A DNA stretch of 64,000 bases from an uncultured Rhodobacteraceae bacterium (GCA_947498985.1 CANMMF010000007.1:192686-256685); one strand, 5' to 3'; shown: positions 49,687 to 60,101, counted from the first letter of the stretch. The notes: generated by a model from the letters alone, not told the origin. A program made the numbers and translations.

Positions 49687-50577
49687 ATGAAACCGGATCT
49701 TCCCAAAGCCTACTTCACCGAAGCGGATTCCGCGGATGTCGTCACCGGCCAGAACGTCAACGCAAAGGACGCCCGCCTGCGCGAGGTGATGGACGCCATC
49801 ACCCGCCACCTGCACGCCGCGATCAAGGAGATCGAGCCGACACAGGAGGAATGGATGACGGGCATCCAGTTCCTGACCAGGACCGGCCACATGTCCGACG
49901 ACTGGCGGCAGGAGTTCATCCTTTTGTCGGATGTTCTGGGTGTGTCTATGCTGGTCGACGCGATCAATTCGCGCCGTCCGGTAGGCGCGTCGGAGAACAC
50001 CGTGCTGGGCCCGTTCCATATCGGCGGAACGCCTGAATACGAGATGGGCACCAATATCTGCCTCGACGGCAAGGGCGAGGATATGGTGGTGCGCGGGCGC
50101 GTGCTCGACATCGATGGCAAGCCGCTGAGTGGCGTGAAAATCGACGTTTGGCAGGCCAATGACGAGGGGTTCTACGACGTCCAGCAGAAGGGCATCCAGC
50201 CCGACTTCAACCTGCGCGGCGTGTTCCGCACCGGCGAGGACGGCAGCTACTGGTTCAAGGCGGTGCGCCCGCAGCATTACTCGATCCCGGCGGACGGGCC
50301 GGTGGGCGCCTTGCTGGAAAACCTCGGGCGGCATCCCTATCGCCCGGCGCATCTGCATTACATCATCTCGAAAGAAGGCTATGACGAGGTCACAACCCAC
50401 ATCTTCGACCCCGACGACATCTATATCGACAATGATGCGGTGTTTGGCGTCAAGGAGAGCCTGATCGCCGAGTTCGTGAAGGTGGACGATGCGTCCCGCG
50501 TGGCCGAAATGGGCTTCGAGGGGCCGCATTACTGGGACGTGGAGTTCGATTTCGTGCTTGCGCCGAAGGGCCGCTAG
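49687..50577 (+). CDS. hydroxyquinol 1,2-dioxygenase (intradiol ring-cleavage dioxygenase)
   Basis: ATG 49687 (AAGGAG upstream). Intradiol text VLGPFH, DVWQANDEGFYD, RPAHLHYII. 296 aa. Confidence 0.85.
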   Translation: MKPDLPKAYFTEADSADVVTGQNVNAKDARLREVMDAITRHLHAAIKEIEPTQEEWMTGIQFLTRTGHMSDDWRQEFILLSDVLGVSMLVDAINSRRPVGASENTVLGPFHIGGTPEYEMGTNICLDGKGEDMVVRGRVLDIDGKPLSGVKIDVWQANDEGFYDVQQKGIQPDFNLRGVFRTGEDGSYWFKAVRPQHYSIPADGPVGALLENLGRHPYRPAHLHYIISKEGYDEVTTHIFDPDDIYIDNDAVFGVKESLIAEFVKVDDASRVAEMGFEGPHYWDVEFDFVLAPKGR

Positions 50578-50580
50578 GTC

Positions 50581-51414
50581 ATGGCCGATCCCTGCATCAT
50601 CTGCGTGGCGATCACCGGATCCCTGCCGCGCAAGGAGGACAACCCGGCCGTGCCCGTGACTGTGGCCGAGCAGGTCGACAGCACCCATGAGGCCTTCGAG
50701 GCCGGGGCGAGCATCGTGCATGCGCATGTGCGCAACGACGATCAGTCCCCAAGCTCCGACCCCGAGAAATTCGCGCGTCTGAAAGAGGGCATCGCGCGTC
50801 ACTGCCCGGGCATGATCGTGCAGTTCTCGACCGGCGGGCGCTCCGGCGCGGGCAAGACACGCGGCGGAATGCTGCCGCTGCGTCCGGACATGGCGTCGCT
50901 CTCGGTGGGCTCCAACAATTTCCCGACGCGGGTCTACGAGAACCCGCCGGACCTTGTCGCCTGGCTGGCCTCCGAGATGAAAACCCACGAGATAAAACCC
51001 GAGATCGAGGCCTTCGATCTGAGCCACATCCTGAAGGCCGCCGAGATGCATGCGGCGGGGGAGATCGCCGCCACGCCCTACGTGCAGTTCGTCATGGGTG
51101 TGAAGAACGCCATGCCCGCGGATCGTGCGGTGTTCGATTTCTACGTCACGACGGTGGCGCGATTGTTCCCCGGCGCGCCCTGGTGCGCCGCGGGGATCGG
51201 CCGTCACCAATCCGAGCTGAACGAATGGTCCATCGCCGCGGGCGGCCATGCCCGCACCGGTCTCGAAGACAATATCAGACTGGATCGCGACACGCTTGCG
51301 CCGTCGAACGCAGCACTTGTGCGCAGGACCGCCGAGATCTGCGCACGCCACAACCGGCCCGTCGCCACACCAACGCAGGCCCGCGAGATCCTCGGCTTGC
51401 GTGCCGCCATCTAG
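50581..51414 (+). CDS. BKACE family enzyme (beta-keto acid cleavage enzyme, DUF849)
   Basis: CIICVAITGSLP, SIVHAHVRN, EIEAFD and GGHARTGLEDNI are hallmark BKACE segments. 277 aa. Confidence 0.88.
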   Translation: MADPCIICVAITGSLPRKEDNPAVPVTVAEQVDSTHEAFEAGASIVHAHVRNDDQSPSSDPEKFARLKEGIARHCPGMIVQFSTGGRSGAGKTRGGMLPLRPDMASLSVGSNNFPTRVYENPPDLVAWLASEMKTHEIKPEIEAFDLSHILKAAEMHAAGEIAATPYVQFVMGVKNAMPADRAVFDFYVTTVARLFPGAPWCAAGIGRHQSELNEWSIAAGGHARTGLEDNIRLDRDTLAPSNAALVRRTAEICARHNRPVATPTQAREILGLRAAI

Positions 51415-51424
51415 AGGACTCCAC

Positions 51425-52081
51425 ATGACCGACCAGACAATCGCCGCAGATGAGATCGCCCGCAACATGGCCCGCGCCTTTCAGGAACGCGGCTTGACGG
51501 CGGATGACGCCACGCTGGAGCTGCTCTTCACCGAAGCACGCACCCATTACGGCTGGCAGGACCGGGACGTTCCGGAAGAGACCCTGCGCGCGCTCTACGA
51601 GATCGCCAAGATGGGGCCGACCTCGATGAACCAGCAGCCGATGCGGGTGCTCTTCATCCGCTCGGAAGAGGCCAAGGACAGGCTGGAACCGGCGCTGCTG
51701 CCCGGCAACAAACCCAAGATGCGCGACGCGCCTGTCACTGCGCTCATCGCGCATGATCTCAACTTCTGGGAAGAGCTGCCGCGCATCTTCCCGCCAAACC
51801 CGGATGCCGCCGATATCTTCCGCAGCAACGCTACCGCCGCACAGGTGAACGCGTTTCGCAACGGCACGCTGCAGGGGGCGTATTTCATGCTGGCCGCGCG
51901 GGCCGTCGGTCTCGATATCGGCGCGATGTCGGGCTTCGACAACGCGAAGGTGGACGAAGAGTTCTTTCACGGCACCTCGGTCAAATCGAACTTTCTGGTC
52001 AACCTCGGCTACGCCGACACGTCGAAGATCTTCCGGCGTCTGCCGCGGCTCAGTTTTGACGAGGTTTGCGAAACGCTGTGA
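51425..52081 (+). CDS. nitroreductase-family protein (malonic semialdehyde reductase RutE-like)
   Basis: LLFTEARTHYGWQDRDVPEETLRALYEIAKMGPTSMNQQPMRVLFIRS resembles RutE/YdjA-type nitroreductase-fold proteins. Confidence 0.75.
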   Translation: MTDQTIAADEIARNMARAFQERGLTADDATLELLFTEARTHYGWQDRDVPEETLRALYEIAKMGPTSMNQQPMRVLFIRSEEAKDRLEPALLPGNKPKMRDAPVTALIAHDLNFWEELPRIFPPNPDAADIFRSNATAAQVNAFRNGTLQGAYFMLAARAVGLDIGAMSGFDNAKVDEEFFHGTSVKSNFLVNLGYADTSKIFRRLPRLSFDEVCETL

Positions 52082-52151
52082 CGCCGGACCGGGGAATCGG
52101 TCAGCAAAAAGGGCCTTGAGAGGCCGGAACGACGTTAAGGGAGGAAACACG

Positions 52152-53222
52152 ATGAAACACTCAAACCACACGCAGAGAATGCGCGCCATGCTGGCAGCAC
52201 TGGTCCTGGCGGTTCCGGCAACTGCCCAGGCCGAAACCTATGAGCTGACCATGGCGTCCAGCCATCCGACGGTCCTGCCATGGGTCGGCAAGCTCTCGGA
52301 ACTGGTGGTCGCCGAAACCAACACCCGGCTCGAGGCGATGGGCTCCGAGGACCGGGTGAACTGGACCGAAAGCTACGGCGGCGCGCTTTACGGCTTCAAG
52401 GACACGCTGGAGGCGGTGGGCGACGGTCTGACCGACGCGGGCTGGGTCGGCACGCTCTGGGAAGGCTCGAAGATGCCGCTCCAGAACATCACCTATTTCA
52501 CGCCATTCGTCAGCGACGATCTGGTCGGCACGCTCCAGATCATGAACGAGCTGCACCGCGAGGTGCCCGCGCTGCAAAAAGCCTGGGACGACCAGAACGT
52601 CGTCTTCCTGGGCGCAAGCGGCGTCGAGACCTATCACCTCTTCACCAACTTCGAGGTCACGTCGCTGGCCGATCTCGACGGGCGCAAGATCATCGCGCCG
52701 GGCCCCTCGGCGAACTGGATCAAGTCGCTGGGTGCCGTGCCCGTCGATGGCGCCCTGCCGACCTATTACAACCAGATCCAGACCGGGGTCGCGGATGGTG
52801 TGGTGGTCATCATCACCGGCGCGTTTCCCAACAAGCATTACGAGGTGGCGCCCTATGTGACGCTGGTCGGCCTTGGCGCGCACATGACCGGCGGGCTCGG
52901 CTTCAACAAGGACATCTGGGAGGGGCTTTCGGATGACGTCCGGCAGGTGCTCCGCGAGTTGGGCGAGGAGTACACCGTGGCCCATGCCGAAGAGGTCATG
53001 GCCCGTTACGAGAGCTTTCTGGCGCAACTGCCCAATGTCGGCGCAACCGTGACCGAGCTGCCCGAGGCCGAGATCGCCGCCTGGGCCGAGGGCCTGCCCG
53101 ATCTGGCGCAGGACTGGGTCGCGGCAAATGCCGATGACGGCGCCGCCGAGGTGCTCGAGGCCTACATGGCCAAGATCAGGGATGCGGGCCTCACGCCGCG
53201 CATCGACTGGTCCGCACGGTAG
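52152..53222 (+). CDS. TRAP transporter substrate-binding protein (DctP-like)
   Basis: ATG 52152 (GGGAGGA upstream). Signal peptide MRAMLAALVLAVPATAQA. DctP-like body. Confidence 0.8.
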   Translation: MKHSNHTQRMRAMLAALVLAVPATAQAETYELTMASSHPTVLPWVGKLSELVVAETNTRLEAMGSEDRVNWTESYGGALYGFKDTLEAVGDGLTDAGWVGTLWEGSKMPLQNITYFTPFVSDDLVGTLQIMNELHREVPALQKAWDDQNVVFLGASGVETYHLFTNFEVTSLADLDGRKIIAPGPSANWIKSLGAVPVDGALPTYYNQIQTGVADGVVVIITGAFPNKHYEVAPYVTLVGLGAHMTGGLGFNKDIWEGLSDDVRQVLRELGEEYTVAHAEEVMARYESFLAQLPNVGATVTELPEAEIAAWAEGLPDLAQDWVAANADDGAAEVLEAYMAKIRDAGLTPRIDWSAR

Positions 53223-53234
53223 GAGGGCGGTGCC

Positions 53235-55196
53235 GTGACGCACTCAGCAACCCGATTTCGTCACGGCACGGACCGCGCGGTCACGGCCGTATCTGCCCTG
53301 ACCGGCGCCGTCAGCGGGGCGGCCTCGATCTGGATCTTCTGCCTGATGCTGCTGATCTGCGCGGATATCTTCGGGCGGACGGTCTTCAATCAACCCGTGC
53401 AGGGCGTGTCGGAGATTGTCGCCAATTCCATCGTGGCCATCGTCTTTTTGCAGGCCGCACACACGCTGATGAGCGGGCGCATGACGCGGACCGATCTGCT
53501 TATGGGCTGGCTCGAGGAAAACCGGCCCTTTGCCGCCGCGGTCCTGCGCCTGGTCTTTCACGGCGCGGGCCTTCTGGTCTTTGCGCTCATCGCGCAGGGC
53601 ACCTGGCCGAAGCTGGTCGATGCCTGGGTGGAGAAGGAGTTCTTTGGCGCGCAGGGCGTGTTCACAGCCCCGGTCTGGCCGATCAAGGCCTGCCTGTTCG
53701 GAGGCTCTTTGCTGACCTGTCTGGCCTTTGCCACGCAGGTGATGAAAGATCTCAAGGAGCTGCTGAACGCAGGCCGCGTGGCACCGCTGAAGGTCCGCCA
53801 TTCGGTGGTGACAGAGCCGAAAGGCTGGCCCGTTCTGGTCGTCTTCGCCGTTTTGCTGATCTTTGGTTACGCGGTTTTCATGAGCGATCCGGGCCGGATC
53901 ACAATCGGGCTGGCCGCCATCGGGTTCATGCTGGCGCTGATCCTTGCGGGCGCCCATATCGCGGTGGTGCTGATCCTGCTCAGCTTTCTCGGGATCTGGC
54001 TCATCCGGGACAATCCGACCGTTGCGGTGCGCTCTCTGGCGCTGGCCGCCGACGGGGCGATCAACCGCTATCTCTTTGGGGTCGTGCCGCTTTTTGTGCT
54101 GATGGGCCTTGTGGTGGATGTTGCCGATATCGGGCGCGACGCCTACCGGGTTGCGGCCTGGATGCTGCAGCGCGTCAAGGGTGGGCTCGGCATGGCGACC
54201 GTCGCGGCCAACGCGGTCTTTGCCTCGATCACGGGGATCTCCATTGCCTCCGCGGCGGTCTTTTCGCGCGTCGCGGTCCCACAGATGGTGGCCAACGGTT
54301 ACAACAACCGGTTTGCGCTTGGGGTCGTGGCGGGCTCCTCGGTGCTCGGCATGCTGATCCCGCCCAGCCTGCTGTTGATCATCTATGGCGTGCTCGCGGA
54401 ACAATCGGTCGGCGCGCTCTTTCTCGCGGCCATCGTGCCCGGAGGGCTCTTGGCGCTGGTGTTCGGCACCGGCATTTACCTGATGGCAACGTTGCGCCCG
54501 CGCATGGTGATGCAGACCGACCGCCCCACCGTGATCGAAGGCGAGACCTGGGGCAGCGCCGTGCAAAAGCTGATCCCGATCGCGGCGCTGGTGGTCATCG
54601 TGCTGGGCGGCATCTATTCGGGGATCTTCACGCCCACCGAAGCGGGCGCTGCCGGGGCCGCGGCGGCCATCGTGGTGGCGCTGCTCAAAGGCAGCCTGAC
54701 CTGGCGGCGGTTCTGGCGCGTGCTGGTCGATACCGGCCTTGTCTCGGTCTCGATCCTGCTGCTGATCATCGCGGCGTCGATGTATTCGCGGATGCTGACG
54801 CTGTCGACGATCCCGCAACAGGCGACGATGATGTTCGCCGAAATGGGGCTGGGCCTCATGGGGTTCATGCTGATCTATCTGGTTCTGGTGGTGCTGATGG
54901 GCATGATCCTCGATTCCACGTCGATCATGCTGATCCTTCTGCCGCTCGCTCTGCCCATCGTGACCGAGCTTGGCGGCAACCTCATCTGGTTCGGCATCGT
55001 CACGGTGATCGCGGTCGAGATCGGATTGCTGACGCCACCCTTCGGGCTCACCGTCTATGTGGTCAAGGCGACGATATCGGACAGGAACACCAGCCTTGGC
55101 GACATCTTTGCAGGCACGTTCCCGTTTGTCGTGATGATGACGCTGGTCACGCTGATCCTGACCTTCATTCCCGCGCTGAGCCTCGTTTTCGAATAG
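53235..55196 (+). CDS. TRAP transporter fused small/large permease (DctQ-DctM fusion)
   Basis: 653-aa polytopic protein. The N-terminal ~170 aa are DctQ-like and the remainder DctM-like (GLGMATVAANAVFASITGISIASAA). Confidence 0.88.
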   Translation: MTHSATRFRHGTDRAVTAVSALTGAVSGAASIWIFCLMLLICADIFGRTVFNQPVQGVSEIVANSIVAIVFLQAAHTLMSGRMTRTDLLMGWLEENRPFAAAVLRLVFHGAGLLVFALIAQGTWPKLVDAWVEKEFFGAQGVFTAPVWPIKACLFGGSLLTCLAFATQVMKDLKELLNAGRVAPLKVRHSVVTEPKGWPVLVVFAVLLIFGYAVFMSDPGRITIGLAAIGFMLALILAGAHIAVVLILLSFLGIWLIRDNPTVAVRSLALAADGAINRYLFGVVPLFVLMGLVVDVADIGRDAYRVAAWMLQRVKGGLGMATVAANAVFASITGISIASAAVFSRVAVPQMVANGYNNRFALGVVAGSSVLGMLIPPSLLLIIYGVLAEQSVGALFLAAIVPGGLLALVFGTGIYLMATLRPRMVMQTDRPTVIEGETWGSAVQKLIPIAALVVIVLGGIYSGIFTPTEAGAAGAAAAIVVALLKGSLTWRRFWRVLVDTGLVSVSILLLIIAASMYSRMLTLSTIPQQATMMFAEMGLGLMGFMLIYLVLVVLMGMILDSTSIMLILLPLALPIVTELGGNLIWFGIVTVIAVEIGLLTPPFGLTVYVVKATISDRNTSLGDIFAGTFPFVVMMTLVTLILTFIPALSLVFE

Positions 55197-55207
55197 GAGG
55201 CCCCCCC

Positions 55208-55504
55208 TTGCATTTTGTCGCGCATGCCCTCGACACACCCGGTGCCCTTGAGCGCAGGCAGGCCGTGCTGTCCCGGCACCGCGCCTATCTCGACACCGCG
55301 CCGCAACGCCTTGGCGTGCGGGTCCTGCTGTCGGGGCCGCTGACCACGGATGACGGATTGACGATGATCGGGTCGTTCTTCCTTCTCGATGCGGAGGATC
55401 GCGTGGCGGTTGACGCGCTTTTTGCCGGTGACCCGATGGCCGCGGCCGATATCTGGACATCGCTCGAGGTGAACGCCGTCACGATCCGGCAGAACAATAT
55501 GTGA
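55208..55504 (+). CDS. YciI family protein
   Basis: 98 aa. RHRAYL...GPL...GSFFLLDAEDRVAVDALFAGDP fits the YciI-like pattern. TTG start. Confidence 0.7.
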   Translation: MHFVAHALDTPGALERRQAVLSRHRAYLDTAPQRLGVRVLLSGPLTTDDGLTMIGSFFLLDAEDRVAVDALFAGDPMAAADIWTSLEVNAVTIRQNNM

Positions 55505-55593
55505 CGTCGCGGCCGTGCGGTCCCGTTCCGCCGCCTTTTGACAGCGCGATCAAGCATATCAGCCACGCCGGGCGACGCCGATCCAATCCAAAG

Positions 55594-56322
55594 CTAGGCC
55601 CGGAGCGCACTGGTGACGGCATGCAGCCGCTTCATGTCATCGTCGTGAATGCCCAACTCGTCCAGATGCCGGACCAGGGAGTGAAGATAGTCGAAATTGG
55701 GACCGATCCCGCCTTCGGCCACGGCGATCATCCGGGCGGCCTCTTCATCGGTCAGGTCCGGCATGTAGCGGCCGTTGGTCCGGTCCATGACAAAGACCAG
55801 CGCGTCCACCGGCCCTTGCGGTGTGGACACGCCAAGAAACAACGGCTGGTAAGCGCCCGCGAACATCTCGCGACGCCACATGAACTCGGTCTCCCGATCC
55901 ACAAGCTCCGCCGCGATGCGAAAAGCAACGCCGTCGCAATGCCCGCCCTGATCAAGCGCGGCCATGAGCCCCGGCTGCGCATGGCTGCCGCGCCCGCCCT
56001 CGAGCCGCATGCAAAACCGCCGTCGCCAGCCGGGCAGAACGCCGCGCCGGTATTCCTCGACGTAGACCGCCGGATCCCAGATCAGCGAGCCATAGGCAAA
56101 GACCCAGAGATCCTGCCTCCACCGGCCATTGAGAACCGCCTGACGATTGGCTTCCCGCGCGTCATGCTCCATGCGCCAACCCGGCGGCCAGCCTTCGGCG
56201 CGGGCCTGTTCATCCAGTTCGTCGAACCGGTCCTGCCCAAAGCGCATTTCCGAGGCATCCGGCGGCGTGATCAGGTCGCGCAGGGCAGGCGTGTGTTGAA
56301 AGACATGTTCCGGAAACGGCAT
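55594..56322 (-). CDS. ChaC-like gamma-glutamylcyclotransferase family protein
   Basis: LWVFAYGSLIWDP (the YGSLxW motif) and overall ChaC-like text. 242 aa. Confidence 0.8.
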   Translation of the reverse strand: MPFPEHVFQHTPALRDLITPPDASEMRFGQDRFDELDEQARAEGWPPGWRMEHDAREANRQAVLNGRWRQDLWVFAYGSLIWDPAVYVEEYRRGVLPGWRRRFCMRLEGGRGSHAQPGLMAALDQGGHCDGVAFRIAAELVDRETEFMWRREMFAGAYQPLFLGVSTPQGPVDALVFVMDRTNGRYMPDLTDEEAARMIAVAEGGIGPNFDYLHSLVRHLDELGIHDDDMKRLHAVTSALRA

Positions 56323-56958
56323 GGCGTAGTCTTGTCGGTTTTGGCGCTCGGTGACCAGACGGGAATGCGGTGTCAGGGCTGGATTCGGGCGCGCCGGTCA
56401 CGGCTTTTTCGCGTTGGCGTTCCATTCAGGGGTCCGAAGCAGTGTGGTCCTCGCGCTGTTCCGCCACGGCTCGACACTGGCGGCGTCGAAGGTGACGGGT
56501 GTGGCGCAGCCCATCGAGGCCCGCCGCATCCAGGCGTTGGAACATGACATCGGCCTCATGCTTTCGAATCGCGATACGCGGGGGGCAGACCAACGGAGCA
56601 CACAGAAGCGCTTTTTCCAGTGGCGCAGGCCTTGGAGCCCACTGCCGACGAGCTGGCCCGCAAATCCACGCCGCCTATTGCAGCGACCGTTCCGATTGCG
56701 GAGCGACAGCGCCCGGTGTGGTTTCGCCGCGTGCTCGATTTCGACGCGCCGGGGGATGTGGCGCGGTTCGACAGGTTCTCGAACCTGCGCGAACGGATCC
56801 GCGTTCTGGTGGGGCCCGGTGGCCGCGCGAAAAAGCGCATAACAAACGGAGCGCCGCATCCGGTGGTGGAGGCTCAGGGCGCCTGACCGCCCGGTTGCGA
56901 TGGGCCGTGGCGTCAATCGTCACGTGACACGTCGCGGCCACCAGGGCGGGTCACGTGC

Positions 56959-57486
56959 TCAGGGTGCTCCGGACGTGGTTTGATGCACCCACACTTCTGC
57001 CTCGGGCTCATGCGGGGCTTGCGTTCCGTCGGTCACGGCGCCGAGCCTTTTGGCCACGGCCTGTGAGCGGGTGTTCCCCCGGTCGATGTAGCTGTATAGC
57101 CGGTCGATCCCCAGCTCCTCCGAGGCCCATGTCTTGACCGCCAGCGCGGCTTCCGTGGCAAAACCGCGCCCTTCCGCGCCCTCGAAGAGATGCCAGGCCA
57201 GTTCCACCTCCGGCCAGCCCTCATGTTTGATCAAGCCCACCCGGCCGACGGGATGCCCGGTCTCGCGCAGGGCAAGCGTGAAGAAGCCGAAGCCGTGCCA
57301 CTGCCAGTGGCCGATGCCGGTCAGAAACCCGAACCACGCCTGCTGGGCGGTGACTGTCTCGCCCTGCGCTTTCATCGACGGGGCGCTGGTCATGAAACGG
57401 GTAAACTCCGGCAGATCATCGCGCTGCGGTCCGCGCAGGACCAACCGCTCTGTCGTCAGCACGGGTGCCGTTGTGAGGTCTTGCAT
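56959..57486 (-). CDS. GNAT family N-acetyltransferase (RimJ/RimL-like)
   Basis: Trimmed to ATG 57486 (MQDLTTAPVLTTERLVLRGPQRDD). Acetyl-CoA-binding region EGRGFATEAALAV. Confidence 0.82.
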   Translation of the reverse strand: MQDLTTAPVLTTERLVLRGPQRDDLPEFTRFMTSAPSMKAQGETVTAQQAWFGFLTGIGHWQWHGFGFFTLALRETGHPVGRVGLIKHEGWPEVELAWHLFEGAEGRGFATEAALAVKTWASEELGIDRLYSYIDRGNTRSQAVAKRLGAVTDGTQAPHEPEAEVWVHQTTSGAP

Positions 57487-57701
57487 CGGTGGCCTTTCGC
57501 TTGGCGGATCTGGGGTTTGAGTGTGCGCACCATAGCGACCGGCTGCGCGTGAGCAAAATGTAGCAATGGGAGTGAGCGCAGCATTCGCCCGTTGAGGCCA
57601 GCAATTATCCATGCATACAAAAAACCTCAGAACTGCGGCCGATTTTGTCAAGCAAGATCCCGGCAGTCCCATACCTTCGCTATGGCGTTGGTGAGGATGC
57701 C

Positions 57702-58823
57702 ATGACCGAGACAAGCGCGTTTTCCTTTGGCTATGACGCCGATCCGGCGCGTTCGAAATCGCTGCTCGCGGATGCCTGTACCGGCGCCAAATGGTTCGAC
57801 GCGGACCTCAGGGCCGTCATCTCCAAATCCTGGCAATGGGTCTGCAATCTGGAAAAAACGCGAGAGGCCGGGTCTTACGTGACCGTCGAGATTGCCGGTC
57901 AGCCCATCGCCGTTCCGCGCGACAAGGACGGCACGCTGCGCGCGTTCTACAACGTCTGCAAACATCGCGCGCAGGACTTGCTGTCGGGCGAGGGCACCGC
58001 CACGCGGATCATGCGCCGCTATCATACCCGGGTCTACAGGCTGGACGGGCAACTGGCCCGCGCGCCCCATACCGAAGGCCTCGCCGATTTCGATACCAGC
58101 GAGATCTGCCTCGATCAGGTGCGGGTCGAGGAGTTTTGCGGGTTCGTCTTCGTGAACCTCGATCCGCATGCCACGCCCCTCTCCGAACAATCGGGGGATC
58201 TGCAGAACGGGATGCGCCACTGGGCCCCGGACGTGGTTCGGCTGACCTTCGGGCACCGGCTGACCTATGACATCAGGTCGAACTGGAAGAATGTCGTCGA
58301 CAATTTCCTCGAGTGTTACCACTGCCTGACAGCGCATAAGGGCTTCTGCGATCTGGTGCACATGGACAGCTACAAGGTCACGACCTTTGGCATCTATTCC
58401 AGCCACATGGCCGATGCGGGGCAAACCGCAAACAGCGCCTGTGACGTGTCCAACGCGACGGTGAAAACCCATGCGGTCTGTTGGCCGTATCCGACCACCT
58501 GCCTGATGCGCTATCCGGGGCGATTCAGCATGATTGTGCTGAACATCATCCCCATCGGCCCGGGTCGCACGCTGGAGACCTATGATTTCTTCCTCGAAAC
58601 GCCGGCGCCCGACGCGATGGAGCTGGATGCCATCCGCTATCTGGACGAGGTTCTGCAGGTCTAGGACATCGGTCTGGTGGAAAGCGTGCAGCGTGCCATG
58701 ACCACGCCGGCCTTCACCCAGGGGCGCATCGTACATGACCCGGGCGGGTCGGGGAAATCCGAACACGCGGTTCACCATTTCCACGGGCTCGTTCCGGATG
58801 CCTATGCCAAAGGTGCGATGTGA
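57702..58823 (+). pseudogene. Rieske-type aromatic-ring/quaternary-amine oxygenase alpha subunit, pseudogene
   Basis: An in-frame TAG at 58662-58664 is followed by 52 more homologous codons (DIGLVESVQRAMTTPAFTQGRIVHD...HHFH). The second half of the Rieske motif is degraded: CKHR...IMRRYHTRVY where CxH...CPYHxW is expected, and each change is a single-nt substitution. The non-heme iron region (ECYHCLTAH) is still visible. Confidence 0.75.
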
Positions 58824-58824
58824 C

Positions 58825-60101
58825 GCCGCGCGCTGGCCGCGCGGGGGATGCGGTTCGATGCGGCCTATTGCAATTCTCCGCTCTGCGCGCCGTCGCGCTT
58901 TGCCTTCATTCGGGCCAGTTGATCAGCCGGATCGCGGCCTATGACAATGCGTCCAAGTTCAAGGACTCGGCTCCGACCTTCGCGCGTTATCTCAGGTCGC
59001 TGGGCTATCGCACCTGCTTCTCGGGCAAGATGCATTTTGTCGGGCCTGACCAGATGCACGGGTTCGAGGACCGCGTGACCACCGATATCTACCCCGCCGA
59101 TTTCGCCTGGACGCCGGATTGGGAGGCGCGGGATGAGCGGATCGACAAGCGGTACCACAATATGCAGACCGTCAAGGAAAGCGGGCAGGCGCATGCGACC
59201 TTCCGGATCGACTATGACGACACGGTGGGTTTTGCCGCCAGACGCTGGCTGTTCGATGCCGCGCGCGACACGGCGCTGGGTGATGACCGACCGTTTGCCA
59301 TGGTCGCAAGCTTCATCCATGCGCATGCTCCGTACGTGGCGCGGCCCGAATGGTGGAGCCTTTACGCGGACGAGGACATCGACAAGCCGGCCCATATTCC
59401 CGCGACGGAGGATCAGGACCCGTTCTCGCGCCGCCTGATGGACGGGATCGAGGCGTCTTACGTGCCCTTGACCGACGAAGAGGTGCCCGCGCCCGCCACG
59501 CCTATCTCGCCAATGTGAGCTATTTCGACAGCAAGATCGGAGAGCTGGTCCGGACGCTCGACGAAATCGGCGTTTTGGACAGCACCATCGTCATCGTCAC
59601 CTCCGATCACGGCGACATGCTCGGGGAGCGCGGGCTCTGGTACAAGATGAACGTCTTTGAGCATTCGGCCCGCGTTCTGCTGGTGATGGCGGGGCCGGGA
59701 ACGCGCAGGGGGTGGCGCCTAACGCGGTGTCGCTGGTGGATCTCCTGCCCACCTTCATCGAGATCGGCGGCGGCGACGCGGCGATGATCGGAGTGCGCGT
59801 CGACGGGCGCAGCCTGATGCCACCGGCGCGGGGCGAGGCCGATCCGGTGGACGAGGCCATCGGCGAAAACTGCGCCGAGATGACCGGCTATCCGGTCATC
59901 ATGATCCGGCGCGGGCTCTGGACATACATCCATTGCGACAGCGATCTGGCCCAGCTTTACGATCTGAGCGTCGATCCGCTCGAAACGACGAACCTCGCGG
60001 AGGATGCCCGCCACAACAATGTCTCGGCGGGCTTCGCGGCAGAGGTTGCCGCGCGCTGGGATGGTGCGGCGCTGCGCCAGAAGATCATCGCAACACAGTA
60101 A
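58825..60101 (+). pseudogene. betC: choline-sulfatase pseudogene (5'-truncated, at least 3 frameshifts)
   Basis: BetC-like text (AAYCNSPLCAPSRFAF, GQLISRIAAYDNAS, SGKMHFVGPDQMHGFEDRVTTDIYPADFAWTPDW, SDHGDMLGERGLWYKMN, VSLVDLLPTF, LYDLSVDPLETTNL) is spread over three frames. Shifts lie near 58908, 59485 and 59705. The N-terminal ~45 codons, including the first metal-ligand motif, are absent. Confidence 0.8.
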
